NCBI GenBank assembly: GCA_024137785.1
Contig: JAHRHZ010000098.1
Coordinates: 38,669,231 to 38,733,230 of the forward strand
DNA from: Ginglymostoma cirratum
Taxonomy: Eukaryota
DNA length: 64,000 nt
Direction: 5' to 3'
The notes under the pieces were generated by a model. It saw only the letters and a program-made list of their open reading frames with translations. It searched no databases and was not told where the DNA came from. Position 1 is the first letter of the stretch. Every line of letters begins with the position of its first letter. The translations under genes were made by a program, and so were the position numbers. Shown one piece after another: positions 24,960-38,579 of this stretch.

Positions 24960-25500
24960 ATAATCAGAATTCTTGTCCAACATGCAGTACTGTTTGAGTA
25001 GAAGATTCCCCCAATTAAATGTGTTAGGTAGACTGAAACTTTTTCCCGGCCTCAACTCATCTCCTATAGAAAACCACATCAATGCCTTTGTTGCTCTATA
25101 CTTTGCTATTTCAATGCCCTCCTAGCTGGTGTCTCCCATTTTATATTCCACAAACCTGAAATGCAAAGCTCTGTTGCTGGTACCCTAACTCACTCCAAGT
25201 CCCTTGATGACCGATATTGACTTCAAGAAAAACCTTGAATTTTCAAATTCTTATCTTGTTTTCAAATTCTCCCATGCTCTCCCCTCCGTATCTGAATAAT
25301 CTGCTTCAGTTACACATTCCAAGATAACTGTGGTCCTATAATTCTGGCTCTGGAGCATCCTCAATTGTAAAAACTCCATCATTAGTTGCCGTGCCAGTCC
25401 AGCCCTGAACTCTGAAATTCTTTCCCTAAAATTTCTTGCTTTCCACTTTTAATACACTCCTCAGAGCTGACCAATTTGGCTAAGTTTTATGGTCATTCAG
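24960..25500 (+). mobile_element. L2 LINE RT C-terminus/3' end, old
   Basis: cacatcaatgcctttgttgctctatactttgctatttcaatgccctcctagctgg resembles LIHAFVTSRLDYSNALLAG. Confidence 0.65.
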
Positions 25501-25529
25501 CCCAACATGTCCTTACATGAACGTTCAAA

Positions 25530-26120
25530 TTACGAGCAGAAGGTAGTCAACACCTTGTACCTGCTCAACATTTTAGAAGATTAAGGCCAATCTGACTAAG
25601 GACTCAAATCTCCTTCCCTTTCTACTCCCTATAATCTCGGACTCAGTTGTTAATCAAGAATCCATCTATATTAACCATAAAAATATTCAATGGCTCGCCC
25701 TCCACTGCTGTGTGGCAAATAGAATTCTACAGACTCTCAACTTTCTGTTGACAGAAAAGAAAATCTCCTCACTTCCATCTTAAATTTGACACCAATTATT
25801 TTTTAAACCATGTCCTCAACTTTGAATCTCTTGCACAAGAGAAAACATCCACCTTGTCAAGTCCCCCCAGGATCCTAAACATATTAATAACATGATCTTT
25901 CATTCTCCTAAACTCACATGTATACAGTCCCAGTCTGTCCAACCTTTGCAGTTACTGGGTCAAAATCCACAATTCCCCTCCTGATAGCATTGTGGATGTC
26001 CCTACACCCCAATGACTGGAATGATTCAAGAAGATATTTCACCAACTTCTAAAGGTTAATCGGCGATGGGCAATAAATGTTAGCCTAGCCAGTGGTGGCC
26101 ACATTCCAAGGAGGAGATAA
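25530..26120. mobile_element. Old CR1 3' end (minus) followed by a CR1/L2-group LINE tail (plus)
   Basis: tagaattctacagactctcaac...atctcctcacttccatcttaaat; then gatgggcaataaatgttagcctagccagtggtggccacattcc. Confidence 0.6.
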
Positions 26121-27049
26121 AAAAAATTACCCTTCATCTCAGGAATCACGTGGCTTGGAGTAAAATAGTTTAAAGATACTATACAAATACAAGTTATTGA
26201 TGGTTTACAATTGCCTGCCTATGTGGCAACCTCTAAGATATATTCAATAGGGGGAAATTATACTTCAGTAATGGACATTCCAACAATGCTCATAAACAAC
26301 CTAGTTAATTGCACGCAAGGAATGAGATATCAATTGTCACTGTCTAAATTTTTCACACAGCATAAGAACAATGAATTTCACACGCAGTCAGCTGGACCAG
26401 CTAGGTCACTACAGAAGGAGAAAAATGAAAAAAAAAAGAACAATTTTGAGCTCAAGGCAGTCATAATGTTAAATTATATATCTATTCCAATAAATCTCCT
26501 CCCCTTCATCAGCCTGGACCTTCCTGTTCAGAACACCATAGCCAGCTCAAAGTGTGGCAGGGGATTTATATAAATAGCCACTCCCAGTCTGGGGTCAATA
26601 TCTTAGAGTATTGTTGTTTTCTACAATTAAAATTGTTGAAATTTCAGACATTGAGGATTCCATGGTGTCTTGCTCTGTGAATCAGCTTCATGTTCAAAGA
26701 AAGATAATGAAATCTCATAGGAGCACAGGAAACAGAATTAAAATGGAATTTTTCTTAAAAAAACAGTGACTTGGGATAGAAATTCAAGAGAAGCAAATTC
26801 TGAGGATTGGTTTGAAGTAAAGAAACTAGTTAGCTATCTGATGTTGATCATTCTTTTTTTCTTATATTTGAGACATACAAAGTCAACGAGAGAAGACGGC
26901 AGTTATCTATCATGTTCTCTTGTAATCATCTCTTCACTACTTCACATCTCTCACCACTGTCAAGAGCCCCTGAGGGGTTTCATTTGAAAAGCTCACAGTT
27001 TAATCTCTAAATCGTGCTGATCCTTCTACTGCACACTCCTGCCACAGCT

Positions 27050-27610
27050 CACAATGGACCTGCGCACTTACTTCATTTATTTTTCCTCCGGTGTTATAAA
27101 AACACATTTCTATGCCATGCTTTCAAAGCATACGCACATTCCCCCTCATTATTAATAAATACACTTTCATTTATCAAATGCTCCATTTGAGTGCCGCATG
27201 GGCCTGGGGCAAAAGGAGACAAATTCTCCCTTTAAGTTGTTATGAAAGGTGTCGCACTGAGCGACCCTAACCCCCATTAACCCAGTTTCTAGTCTGCTTC
27301 TACTGGGAACAATGAGGCTCCTCAGCAGCTAAACTTGTAGTGATCTTGTGCCATCTCAATATATTTGTTCATTATTTTCTGCACACACAGAAGCATTTTA
27401 AAATGTACTTGGGGCAAGGGCCAAATTGAATCATCTGCCTTAATTTTCCACACGGTGCAAAGCTGCAGCTGCTGTGTGGGCTGTGTTTTGTTTTCTTTTC
27501 TTGATATTAACATTTCCCTAGCTCTCAATTTCAACAGGGCCATCATGAACTACAGGGTTATGGCTGCGTTCTATAATATTCCCCAAACTCTGCAGTATTT
27601 AATATGAGTC
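27050..27610. promoter_or_regulatory. Putative conserved non-coding element
   Basis: Repeat-free; TTAT/TAAT motif clusters and retained CpGs (gtgccgcatg, gtcgcactgagcgacc); inference only. Confidence 0.3.
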
Positions 27611-28254
27611 ACTTGTTCTTTTGTTATCTAAATAACATGGAATTTTTTAATATAGTTACCTCAAAGAATATCTAAAATAGAAATAGATCCTTTGTCAATT
27701 TTTGAATATGCATTTATAATTGAAAGCAGCAATTTAATCATGAAAATTCAAACCAAAATTATGTTAAAGTTTTCCCTGCTCTCCTAGTATGGAATTAACT
27801 GAAGAATAACCCATTTATTAAATATGGTTTCACTTTAACCACTCTGACCTATATTCTATTCTCATTGGCTTGAGCATTCCTGTTGTGCAATCTACGCAGC
27901 AAGATCACAACAGCAATATTTTGATGTTGCATTTTGAGAGATGCTAGGGTCCTCGTTCTCAATGCGTATACTTCATGTAGACAATGGCAATCAAAAAGGA
28001 AACATTTTGGATTTGTTGAGATCAGTCACATACAGAGTTCCATATTGCATTGTATACTATATCACACTTGGCTCCAAAACATGTAGAGGATAATGGTTCA
28101 ACCTTTTAAAACAAAAAGCAGTTATTGTCTGTTTCTAGGCCTTCTTCAACTGCCAATGTAGAACAAACTTTTTAGCCAGTAGCACATGCGGGGGCCTTAA
28201 AGAGATAAGCTGTGTGAAACATAGATCCACCTTAACAACTAAACGTTACAATTA

Positions 28255-28965
28255 TCCTTCAGTAAATGACTATGAACAGTACCACATGATATCCAACTAT
28301 AAAGGAGGACACAGCATGCCCTAACACACTGGCCACACTACCCTACATTGAGAACATACTGGAAATGACAACAAGACTTCTAAGGGCACTAGGAATCATG
28401 GTGGCCCACAGGCCCACAGCCACTCTACGATAAACACTTACAAGGATTAAAGATCCCATTCCCACAAATGCTGAATCAACGTGGTTTACAAAATACCATG
28501 CAACGATTGCGTTGGACAGACAGGAAGGAAACTAGCCATCAGAATACATGAACATCAACTAGCAGCAAAATGGTATGACAAACTCACCTTAATATTGGTA
28601 CACACACACAATGAAGGGCATCAGTTTAACTGGGACAAAGTAACCATTGTAGCCCAAGCCTAACGCAGACACACATGGGAATTCCTAGAGGCATAGTTCT
28701 CCACCCGTAATGCAATCAACAAACATATCAAATTGGACCCCATATACAAATCCATACAGATCAACACCGGAAATGACACTACTCACCATAACAGACCAGA
28801 CAGAATAAACTCCAAGCAGAGTAGAATAACATTGCTTCATTGGAAGCTCCACTGATGATGTCACCTAGCATGGTGATGAAATGTCTGAACGAGAACAAGC
28901 CAGCTCAGTGAGCAAGTCAAAACCTCACCCACAACCCGAGCTACAGATCTTTGCCAAAACTTTAA
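28255..28965 (+). mobile_element. Penelope-like element (second family): GIY-YIG end and hammerhead-containing terminus
   Basis: NVVYKIPCNDCVGQTGRKLAIRIHEHQLAAK...GHQFNWDKVTIVAQA; CTGATGA-tgtcacc-tagcat-ggtgat-GAAA-tgtc at 28852-28885. Confidence 0.88.
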
Positions 28966-31954
28966 ATAAAGGAACTGACTCTAACCTATTCAATCTGGTA
29001 CGGATTCACATGGACCTGGTGTTGAAGCTCACTTCAGCAGCTTTGTGCTGAGGACGCAAACACTTTGCTACTCCTCCTTGTTAAAAAAAGTGGCAGACAC
29101 TCAATACAAACAACCTGGACATTTGTAAAGAGACACTCTCAACTTTCTTACCTTTTGAAGAATCAAACTGATCCCCACCATCAAAATGTTGCAGTATTTT
29201 AATAGTTACTCATAAACCACTTTACTTATCTGATTTGCTCCCTCTGCTACATGGCTGAGGGGCAATCTGCACTAACCCTCTGCTCAGTGCTGTTACTGCG
29301 GCATTCTCAAGGAAAATGACCTTATACTAAAGTAGTCTCCTCTAGGGAAATGTTCAACGTCTGTTGAAGTCTGGAAATTCTAGTTACTGAGAAATAATGC
29401 TCACTTTTTTCTGAAGACCTTCTATACATTATACATATAGACTTCATTATTACAATTCCCCCAAATATATTAGGAAATTTTGCTGTGCTTTCCTTTTCAT
29501 CTAAAGTTAAAGTTACTAGAGAAACAATGGCCCTCCTATACCTCAGTCCAGTAGCTGAGAGAGCGTGGTGTCAGTCAGCCACTTGACCTCCCATCCAAGG
29601 TTAATTTTGTCCTAATTTGGTATCCATATATTGACACTTTGCTGCATGTGTCACTAAATAATGATCAGGATCGGTGGAAAAATTGATCACTCTGACTGCT
29701 GTCCAGATGTTATGCAATTAGGGATTATCAGCAACACTCTTTCTGGTCTAGACAGATCAGTGCAAAACTGGACAGTTCATTTATACACTGATCTATTAAA
29801 GAATCCTAATCCTTTTGAACTGAAATCCAAGGTGTTTTATAAATGAATCTTTTTTGAAGAAGGGACAGCAAGTTATCAGCAACAACATGAAGTGAAAAAC
29901 TTGATTTCAGAGACTTTTGTTCTGATACTAACCAATATTTTACTTTTTATGTTTCTTGGCCAAGTTATAAATTAAAATAACACACAATGGTCCAGGTAGC
30001 ACAACACTTATAGGCAAGTAAAACTGTCGTGCCTTGAAGTGAAATTGGTTGCAATACAAACAAGCTCACTTCCTTTGTACATCCCCCTTTGAAAATAAAT
30101 CAATCAAATTAGATCTGAAAATAACAGCACAAACTTGCTGACATACCTGAAACCCGTGAATATCTGAGCAAGCCATAAATCAGATAAAGACTTTTTCTGA
30201 CTTCTAGCTGCAAGTCTCACCCTAATGCATTCCAACTGATTTTATATATGCTTAGTCTTATCTTATAATTAGATCAACTGGGAAAAATAACCTCTGCATC
30301 TGTGTGCTTTACATTCACAGTAAGTTGGCAGTTCAGAGGCTACCTATTCCCTGGATTATGTTCAAAACATTTCAACATTGCTCGCTTTTCTATCCTCTTG
30401 CTGTGTTTGATGACTTATTGAGCTCCAGCTTCTGGGGAGCTTGCACACTGCTCTTTTACATAAGGAGCATCTTGGAATCATCAGTCCCGTCTCATTTCAC
30501 AGGGCAGTGTTGGATATGTGTGCATTTTTTGGTAATTTTTTTCCAAGACCAATTATGAATACTTTTCTTTGTACAAATTAAATGCTCTTTACAATGCTTC
30601 CCATTTCAAAGCCTGTTAAACCAAAATCTCAATCTATGATTTAGTCCATTTAAACATATCTTCTCAATCTAAGAATGAATGCATACCACACAAGTTGTTT
30701 TACATCAAATGACACTCAGCTTACTTTATTATTCAAATGTTAATCTTTTTCAAATACTACCCCCACCCCCCCCAGTGGAATGTTTGCCTCCATATGGCAT
30801 CACCCAGTCAAAGGGGAGAATGAAGGCTAGAGCCAGTTTGTTACCATAAGACCAATACCACTCAGGTAACACAATTCTGTTTGAATGACAGTGAACTACA
30901 TTGTCGAAAGATAATCCTCCTTACAGACCACCCCTGAACTGATAAAGGACAGTGAGCCTTGCAGATAACGAACAGTCAGTCTTGCAGATGTTAAGCATTG
31001 TGCAGACACGGCAATCAAACTCATAATCATCTGGCTTTGTTAATCCACCTGACATCTAGGCAATGCTGATCCAAACAGTGCCAATATAAGATAAACACTG
31101 TGGGATTCAGTTGTGATTAACTCACAAGCTTTGACCTTTTTTTTATTACACCATCCTCACATCTTCTTATGACTATTTCTGTGATGAATATAAGAAGCAG
31201 CGCCCATGGATATCATTTGCGTGTTGTTAAACATTCAGATTTTTGAGGCAGATGGACACATACAGACACATTATAATCAAAATTCACCAGATTATACTGA
31301 ATACAGCTTTAAGTTGCCCAACATTAAACAGTGGGAGAACTGTAACACCAGAGGCTGCATCAATAAATAGTGATGCAACTTCAATGCCTTTCACAGACAA
31401 AATGCTGATTCATTGCAATGCCATAATTTAAAAAAAGGTACTGTGAAAATGGTGCTCACCTACAGAAGGGAAACATATAAGAGGAAACACTGGCATAATG
31501 GATTTCCCAGGACTTCATTCTGAATGGAGTCACAAATGCTCACTTGGCCACAGTTTAGAAACAGCATCTCATGAAAACACATCAGACCGTGAAATTGGTG
31601 CAGCTGATGTTACTGTTGTGCACCTGGTTGTTGCTGCCTCCTGTTTGTTACTCTGTTCTTTGCTTCACTCATTGCATCTCAATTACCCAGCTCATGCTTT
31701 GCTGAGGGAGTGGGACAGCAAGTGAGGTCACGGGTGAGGCAGCAAGGACTTAAAGGTTTGGAGTGGTGTAGTGAAAGGGTCAACCAGGAGGAAGTGAGCA
31801 ATGATAATGGTTGCAGGTGAGGCAGTGAGTGGTTAGGAATGGAACAGTGATCAACAGACATTAAAAACATTTTTCTTTGTTACAGCCAGCTACTTGCATT
31901 GTTGATGGTGGTGGCGTCACAGACATTGCAACTGTATGTGCAGAGAGCAAACAC

Positions 31955-32470
31955 AGCCGTTTGGAAACACCAGAAAATGCTGATCAGGCATTAGGTTAGT
32001 TAACATTTCAGGCGAAGACCCTTACTCAGAAAAGGGGATTGGTGGAGATGTGGTGAAGACATATGGGTGGAAACCCACCAATTAGTGTCAAAGTGAACAG
32101 GTTTGAAAATGAGCATATATATAAGTTCAAACAAAGTTCAAAGCTATTCAAATCAAAGACTTGTGGAGTGCTTTGGAGAAAGTATTAAATATTGTCCTTG
32201 AGTTTGCATCGAGCTTCACTGGATAAGTGAACAAGGCTGCGGCCTAGCTCCACGTGAAACAAGGAAGAGTTCAAGGAGCAGCCTGCAGAACTCAGTTTCA
32301 TCACATTAAAAATAGATGTGTCAGCAATATAATCACCTAATATACATTTGGGTTCTCTAATTTAGAGAATGTTACACCATTAGCACTCAAAACAGTAAAT
32401 AAAAAAAGCAAATATATGAAAATTGCCATCATTAAGGTGCGTGCTTACAACTTTGAATAGTGCTGAGAGG
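31955..32470 (-). mobile_element. Old PLE remnant
   Basis: Terminus ttaacatttcaggcgaagacccttactcaga and ttgagtttgcatcgagcttcactgga, resembling the PLE 3' end at 40926-41400. Confidence 0.45.
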
Positions 32471-33226
32471 AGGCAAATGAGGTAAATAGACAGTAAGCTA
32501 AATCTTTCAATTTGACAAAATATCTACTAGCTGTCATTGTAAAATATCTGGATCCAGTCTTGAAAGAACCTCAGGTCCAATAAATACCATGTCTTTTTCT
32601 TGGTGCTCAAAGGTTGACAAACTAGATATCCTAGGAGGTGCAGGTAAGGTTGTCTGTAATTTTTTTTTTCTATTATTAAAGCTAAAATGACAAACTGTAA
32701 CATTGAGACAATATAGATTAAATGCAGAGTTGCACACAGCTATACAGATAAGAGAATCCAATTCTGTGCTCAATGAGCTGATCTCAGCTATGGAATCAGT
32801 TGCAGTATTACCATTGACCTGCATGTCGAGGACTACAATGAAGGAAAAGCCAGCATGAACAACAACTAGCGATTTGAATTCTTGCTGAAAAGTGCCATGT
32901 TTGGACAGTAGATTCTGGCGAGGGTGCCCGTAGCAGTGAATACCCTGATGACAGTCTCTGCTCACCTACATTCTGAAGGGCTACAACCTCTCATGTATCT
33001 GGAATGCCCTTCCAGAAGAGGAGAAATTTTCTAAAAATAAAAACTGAGAAGCTGATATGCTGTTAGGAACTGTTCTAACTTAATTTGCCAAAGATTCAAC
33101 AGATCCAAGAGATACACAAATTAAGTGCAAAGATCAAAGTTACCAGAAGAAAGATCTAATTTGGTAAGTAATGATTTTCAACATTTTTACCTTTTATGAT
33201 CTGCACATAGAAACTCCTTAATACGA

Positions 33227-33315
33227 TTGTTACAGAGACAGTAGGAACTGCCGATGCTGGAGAATCTGATATAACAAGGTGTAGAGATGGCCTACTGTGT
33301 TCCTCCAGCTCTACA
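33227..33315. mobile_element. Collapsed PLE-terminus mini-element with TSD
   Basis: ggaactgccgatgctggagaatctgatataacaaggtgtagag...ctctacacctt; ccttaatacga (33216-33226) and ccttaatatga (33316-33326). Confidence 0.7.
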
Positions 33316-35019
33316 CCTTAATATGACTAACAGGCATCACTTGAATTATTTTTGTCCCTTTGTCCATTTTTGAGCTCATTTACCTCATTGAAAATTAAGT
33401 ACTTACATAGAAACAAAGGAAGAGGAGGCGGCCATTCAGTCCCTTAAACCTGTTCCATCATTCAACAAAACCATAACTGTCTGTGTCCTAATTTCCATCT
33501 AGCCACCTTGGTTCTAAATCCTTCTATTGCTCTCATATTTAAAATCATTACTGGAAGTGGCATCTAAAGTTTGTGTTTACTGTTAAAATTTTTTAAAACA
33601 GTCTCTCTCTTAGCTCTGACTTTAATATTATGACCTATTGTCTTAGACAAGAATCTACTTACCGATTCCTTTCAAAATCCAAAAAAACCATTGTTCCAAT
33701 TATTTCTTCTAATATAATCTAATACATTCAGGCAAATTTTATGTAATATCTCCCATTAATTAAACCGGAGTGTCTTGGTCATATTCCGATGGTTCTCCAT
33801 TGCACTTGTTCCACAGTAAATATATGTTCATTTGGACTGAGTCATTTTTCTCCTGCAACTCATCTATTTCTCCTCTATCCTTGATATCTTGTGAAAAGTA
33901 CCATTTTTCATACATGAGACCAGGCAATCAATGTTTGCAAACTATTCACCAATGCGTGATCAATGTAGCCAAACCCATTCTGTAGCAGGGCACAGCAATT
34001 TGGTGGGCTAAATTACACTGAACACTGTCAAGATTGCAGTAAAAATTCAGATGGTTCACTAATGTCCTTCAGAGAAGGAAACCTGCCAGTTATGATTTCA
34101 GTTTCTTATGGCTTTAGATTAACTAGGGATGGAGGTAATATCGTTATTCCGGAGGAAAACTCAACCAGAGTTGCATTCAGCAAGCTTATCAAAAAGAGGC
34201 GATTAAGGCTATGAACTGACAGATCTACATGGCTCAGCCATAAGGGGAACATTGCTTCAAGTTTTCAGAAACAGGTGCATAAATCTCAAAGGATTAGGTT
34301 AAGAAAAACTATTTACAATTTCAAATGATTATTTAAATCCATGAGAGAAAATGCAGCTGAAAGCAGCAGCACAAATCACTGTTGTTTTCTCCATTGTTAG
34401 ATAATTAGCAGAAGTATATATAATGGTACAGTGCAGAAGACCTTAGAAATCAGAGAACCCTGAAGCAAAAGACCACAAAGATGGTTGTAGGTGAATGCTC
34501 TTCCTAGAACTGAAAGTTCCAGTTTTAATGTTTAAATATCCTTTCACCTAAAAATTTTTGTGAAACTAAAATAATTACATCTAACTGTTCAAGTCAATGA
34601 TTACATACATCAGATTCAACTAATCCGCTTCATTACACATCTCTGTATAACTGAATCAAGACAACTGTGTGTAGGCTTTCACCATCTGGCTCAACATGCT
34701 CAATGATTGTTTAATTTCCTGTTCATTACAATCTGTATTCGATCATATTTGATTAATTGGCAGAGTAAGTTGTTATCCATAACAAAACTGTTGGAACAAA
34801 GGAAAATAAATGGCCCTGCAGTAAAATGTCAGTTATATTCCTGTGTTTCATGGAATTCTCAGTAATGTTCAACAACCTGTTAATAGCCTTAACTCATAAT
34901 CTCTCATTTCCAGAAACAATTCATACACTAATCCATGGTAATTTCCGCAAATTTAATTCCTTTTCAATCTGGATTGTCCCTGGTGCGTCCTCATTTCTCT
35001 TGTATCCATATTGATTATG

Positions 35020-35178
35020 TAGTTCACTTATGTCCAATAAGGAAGGAAATCTACTATCCCATCTGATCTGAACTACATGTAACTTCAGACCCACAACAAT
35101 GTGGCTGACTCTTAACTGCCCCGTGGCAATAAATGCTGGCCTAGCCAGCGACACTCACATCACACAAATAAATAAAAT
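35020..35178 (+). mobile_element. tRNA-derived shark SINE, 3' half
   Basis: ttcacttatgtccaataaggaaggaaatct...cagacccacaacaatgtggctgactcttaactgccc...gcaataaatgctggcctagccagcgac. Confidence 0.75.
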
Positions 35179-36387
35179 ACGTCTTGCAGAGTACATCCTA
35201 TTTATAATTCTAGGAAAAATAAATCACTGTGTCACACTGAGAATTTTTGCATGAATGCAACTAAATTTAGCCACCAGTAATTAGACTGTAACCAGGATAT
35301 CACGATTGAGGTCCCATAGCTTCTGCTATTCTAAGTACAAGTGAATACAAATTGTCATAAACTAATCTTTCCACTACAGCAGTTAAAATAGAACTTGGTT
35401 TCTGAGCTTCATCTGGCTTTTTTAAAAAACCCATCAAACTTTAAGACTTCGCTCGAATAAGCATATCGATAGTACTGTTGTTTATTTTTTCCTACTGTTT
35501 TACTGAAGGCAAAGGGACGTTGTTTTGAGCTTGTATAAGTTTTTACTTCATTTGTTTTATCTCATTTATAACTGTACATAATAGTTCCTCCTTGAAAGAT
35601 TAACCTATAATGAACAGTACTTGGTATTTAAATAGAAACATTTTTCAGCATTTTTACTGACACTAAGCTTTTTGTGCTATGAACAGGATAGGCGATAGGC
35701 TTTGCAAATAACAAACTCTGCTTATCTGTATATCAATCCTGTAGATGGATAGTACTACTGATCTGAAAGAGTTGTTATCAGAGTTTAGTCAGAAAAAACA
35801 GAATTTATCATTATTCAACTTTGATGAGATAACTCAGGAAGACAGCACAAATGCAGACTACTAGATTATAAAACCTTGACGCCCAGTGAGCATCCCTCCC
35901 CCCATTCCTAATTTCCATCAAACTGACTACATAGACTCTGACATTTTATACAAACGCTAACGTTTATACCATATGGGAAATTAACTAATAAATTGCTAAA
36001 GAATGAGGTAGGCCTTAATTCATCCCTATAGTCTTCTCATTTCAATATGCAATTGTTTCCTCTCATTTTTTTCTAACTGTTGAAAGTTCATCCCATGTGT
36101 TGATCACTGAAAAAATTTTGACAAATTGGCTTTTGCTGCCTACTTGTCTTGCATTTGCATTTTAATCTAAAATACAATTTCTTTTAGCTATCTTATAATA
36201 TTAATTGACTGATATTACACAAAAATTATGAAAAAGGCAGTAAGAAAGTGGGCTGGAAAACCACATCAAAAGATACTGGAAACATGCATCTGCAAATAAA
36301 CTAACCGTCTCAGTCCTAACCTAAATTGCTGGTCATTGGGAAGGCATAAAATATCATCCACCAAAAAAACCGATAAAATGGTGTTAT

Positions 36388-36916
36388 AAAATAAAACTTG
36401 GAATTTTTGGAAACACTTAACTTTTGCGAAGAGAATAAGATAGGAGTAAATATTTAACAAGAAGATCTTTCATCAGGACTCGAGCATCCTTTTTGCACAA
36501 ATGCTGTGTCCTGATTTAAAATATTAACTTGACTTTCCTCAGAGTTACCACCTATGTTTTTTTCAGTAGGTTGCATAGAATTGGTTAAACACGGTCATAT
36601 GTTCTGGAAGTATCAAATTCCTAACTGATGATAAAAATTACATGATATTGTACTTCAAATGTAATTTTTAATCACCAGTTAGGAATTTGATACCTCCAGA
36701 ACATATTCCCATGTTTAATCAATTCTACGGCAACCTACTGAAAAAAACATAAGTGGAAATTCTGAGGAAAATCAAGTTAATATTTTAAGTCAGGACACAG
36801 CATTTGTGCAAAAAGGATGCTCGAGTCCCGATGAAAGATCTTCTTGTTAAATATTCACTCCTTTCTTATTCTCTTCACAAACGTTAAGTGCTTCCAAAAA
36901 TACCAATTTTTATTTC
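36388..36916. repeat. Long inverted repeat (fold-back), ~255-bp arms, 15-nt loop
   Basis: 36388-36643 is the reverse complement of 36659-36916, about 90% identical by manual alignment; loop gatattgtacttcaa. Confidence 0.95.
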
Positions 36917-37689
36917 AAATTTCCATCTGCAGTATTTTGCTTTTCGTTTTACGTAGGCTAAGATTCAGTTTTCCTGATTTGAAGACCTCACTCCTTGTAG
37001 GAATATGCCACTTGCATTACCAGTTGAAAGAGAACTGACGCAAGCTATCAAAGCTACGATTCAGCGATCCCCACAGCATTCACAAACTGCATTAAAACTA
37101 ACAGAGCATGAATTGATAAGCTTTTATTGCTTGTTATGTTGGGGGCACCTATAAACTAGATTTGCAGAAAAAACAGAAGTGGGAAGAATCTTAACCAACA
37201 GAGGCAGGTGGATTCCTTTAGTGCTCCTGCAATAAGAGTCAGCTCTGCTGATCAATCATTAACATTGTCCTAGAGCCATCTGGTTCAAACAGTAAACCAT
37301 GGAGTTTGGCACAGATGTTTTCACTTGGTTGTGAACTTCAATAATCAGGCAGGTGGTCTTGAGAGTCACTTCAAATTCTTCTGTCCCGATTGAGGGTAAT
37401 CATGAAATGCACAGCAGACAACTGACAAGCATGTTTATGCTCTCACTAGACTTCCAGCAGATGTCATTCACAACTTCTTTTTAAAGAGTAAATCAATTGT
37501 CAGTTTAGAAGTAAACTAAGTATCATGGTATAATACACAATGGTCTTATACACTGAAATTTCAAAAGTGATTCAAATGTGAGATGACTGCTATTTGGAAA
37601 AAATTACTGATTTAGTAGTTACAGCTGATACTCAGTCTTAGAGAGGCCCTTACAGCTCAGTTGTGGCTGAGTACAAAAATTTCCTGCAA

Positions 37690-38400
37690 ATAAATATCGT
37701 GAGGACTGAAATCATTGCCTTTGGTCTCCACCACAAACTCTACCCGACTCCATCTATTTCGCTGACAACAGTCTGTGGCTTAAAGAAGGTTAGTATCCTT
37801 AACATTATGTCTGAGATGAGCTTCTGAACACAGTCACATCCTCACCAACATCATTTATTTCCGCGAAGAACAAGGCTTGACCAGGCCCCTGAATTAGTTC
37901 AACTGCTTTAACATGTCTTTGTTACCTTTAGACTGAACTATTCCAACACACTCAGTTGTATCCACAATAAATGGATTGCTGCGGTTCACCATCATCTCAA
38001 GGCAATTGGGGATGGACTACAAATGCTGCCCTTGCCAGCAACACTCACCTTTCATGAAAGAATTTTTTAAAAAAACCGTCTGGCCTCCCACATCCTATCT
38101 TTCTCAAACCCGGAGGCCGTCCAAAACTCTAAGCCATGTTCTAACTCACACCAAGTCCTGTTTATCCATCACCCCTGCCTAGTTTCACTGGTCACCTGGT
38201 TCAGCAACACCAGGATTTTTAAAATTCCATTTTGTTTTCAAATCCCTTCATGGCCTTGCCCCTACATATCTCTGTAATGTCTTCCTGCTACTCAAATCTC
38301 TAAGCAATTAACATCTTCTAATTGTGACTCTTTAATATTCTAGTTTTCACTTGCTCCTCCATTGGCAGTCATGTCTTTAGCTGTAAAAATCTTATGCTGT
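37690..38400 (+). mobile_element. L2 LINE fragment, old
   Basis: aggactgaaatcattgcctttgg (KTEII), tttgttacctttagactgaactattccaac (FVTxRLxYSN), ttctaactcacaccaagtcctgtttatccatcacccctg. Confidence 0.65.
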
Positions 38401-38579
38401 TAATAACTTTACTTCACATTTTTGTTGGGGTCTTTTGAAAGGAAAATAAAACATTTGTCCAATTCTAATTGCTATTGACATTTATGTACAATGCAATCTC
38501 TGGAAATCTGTTGTCCGGAAATACTAGCTGTTTGGAAATCTTTTCGTCAGAATCACTTATTCTCTCTATGTATTCAGCA

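Noticed and set aside
32534-32965. 143-aa minus-strand ORF, the longest outside repeats
   Set aside because: Starts at a GTG that is a splice-donor-like site, has an in-frame stop just upstream, and shows no recognisable domain.
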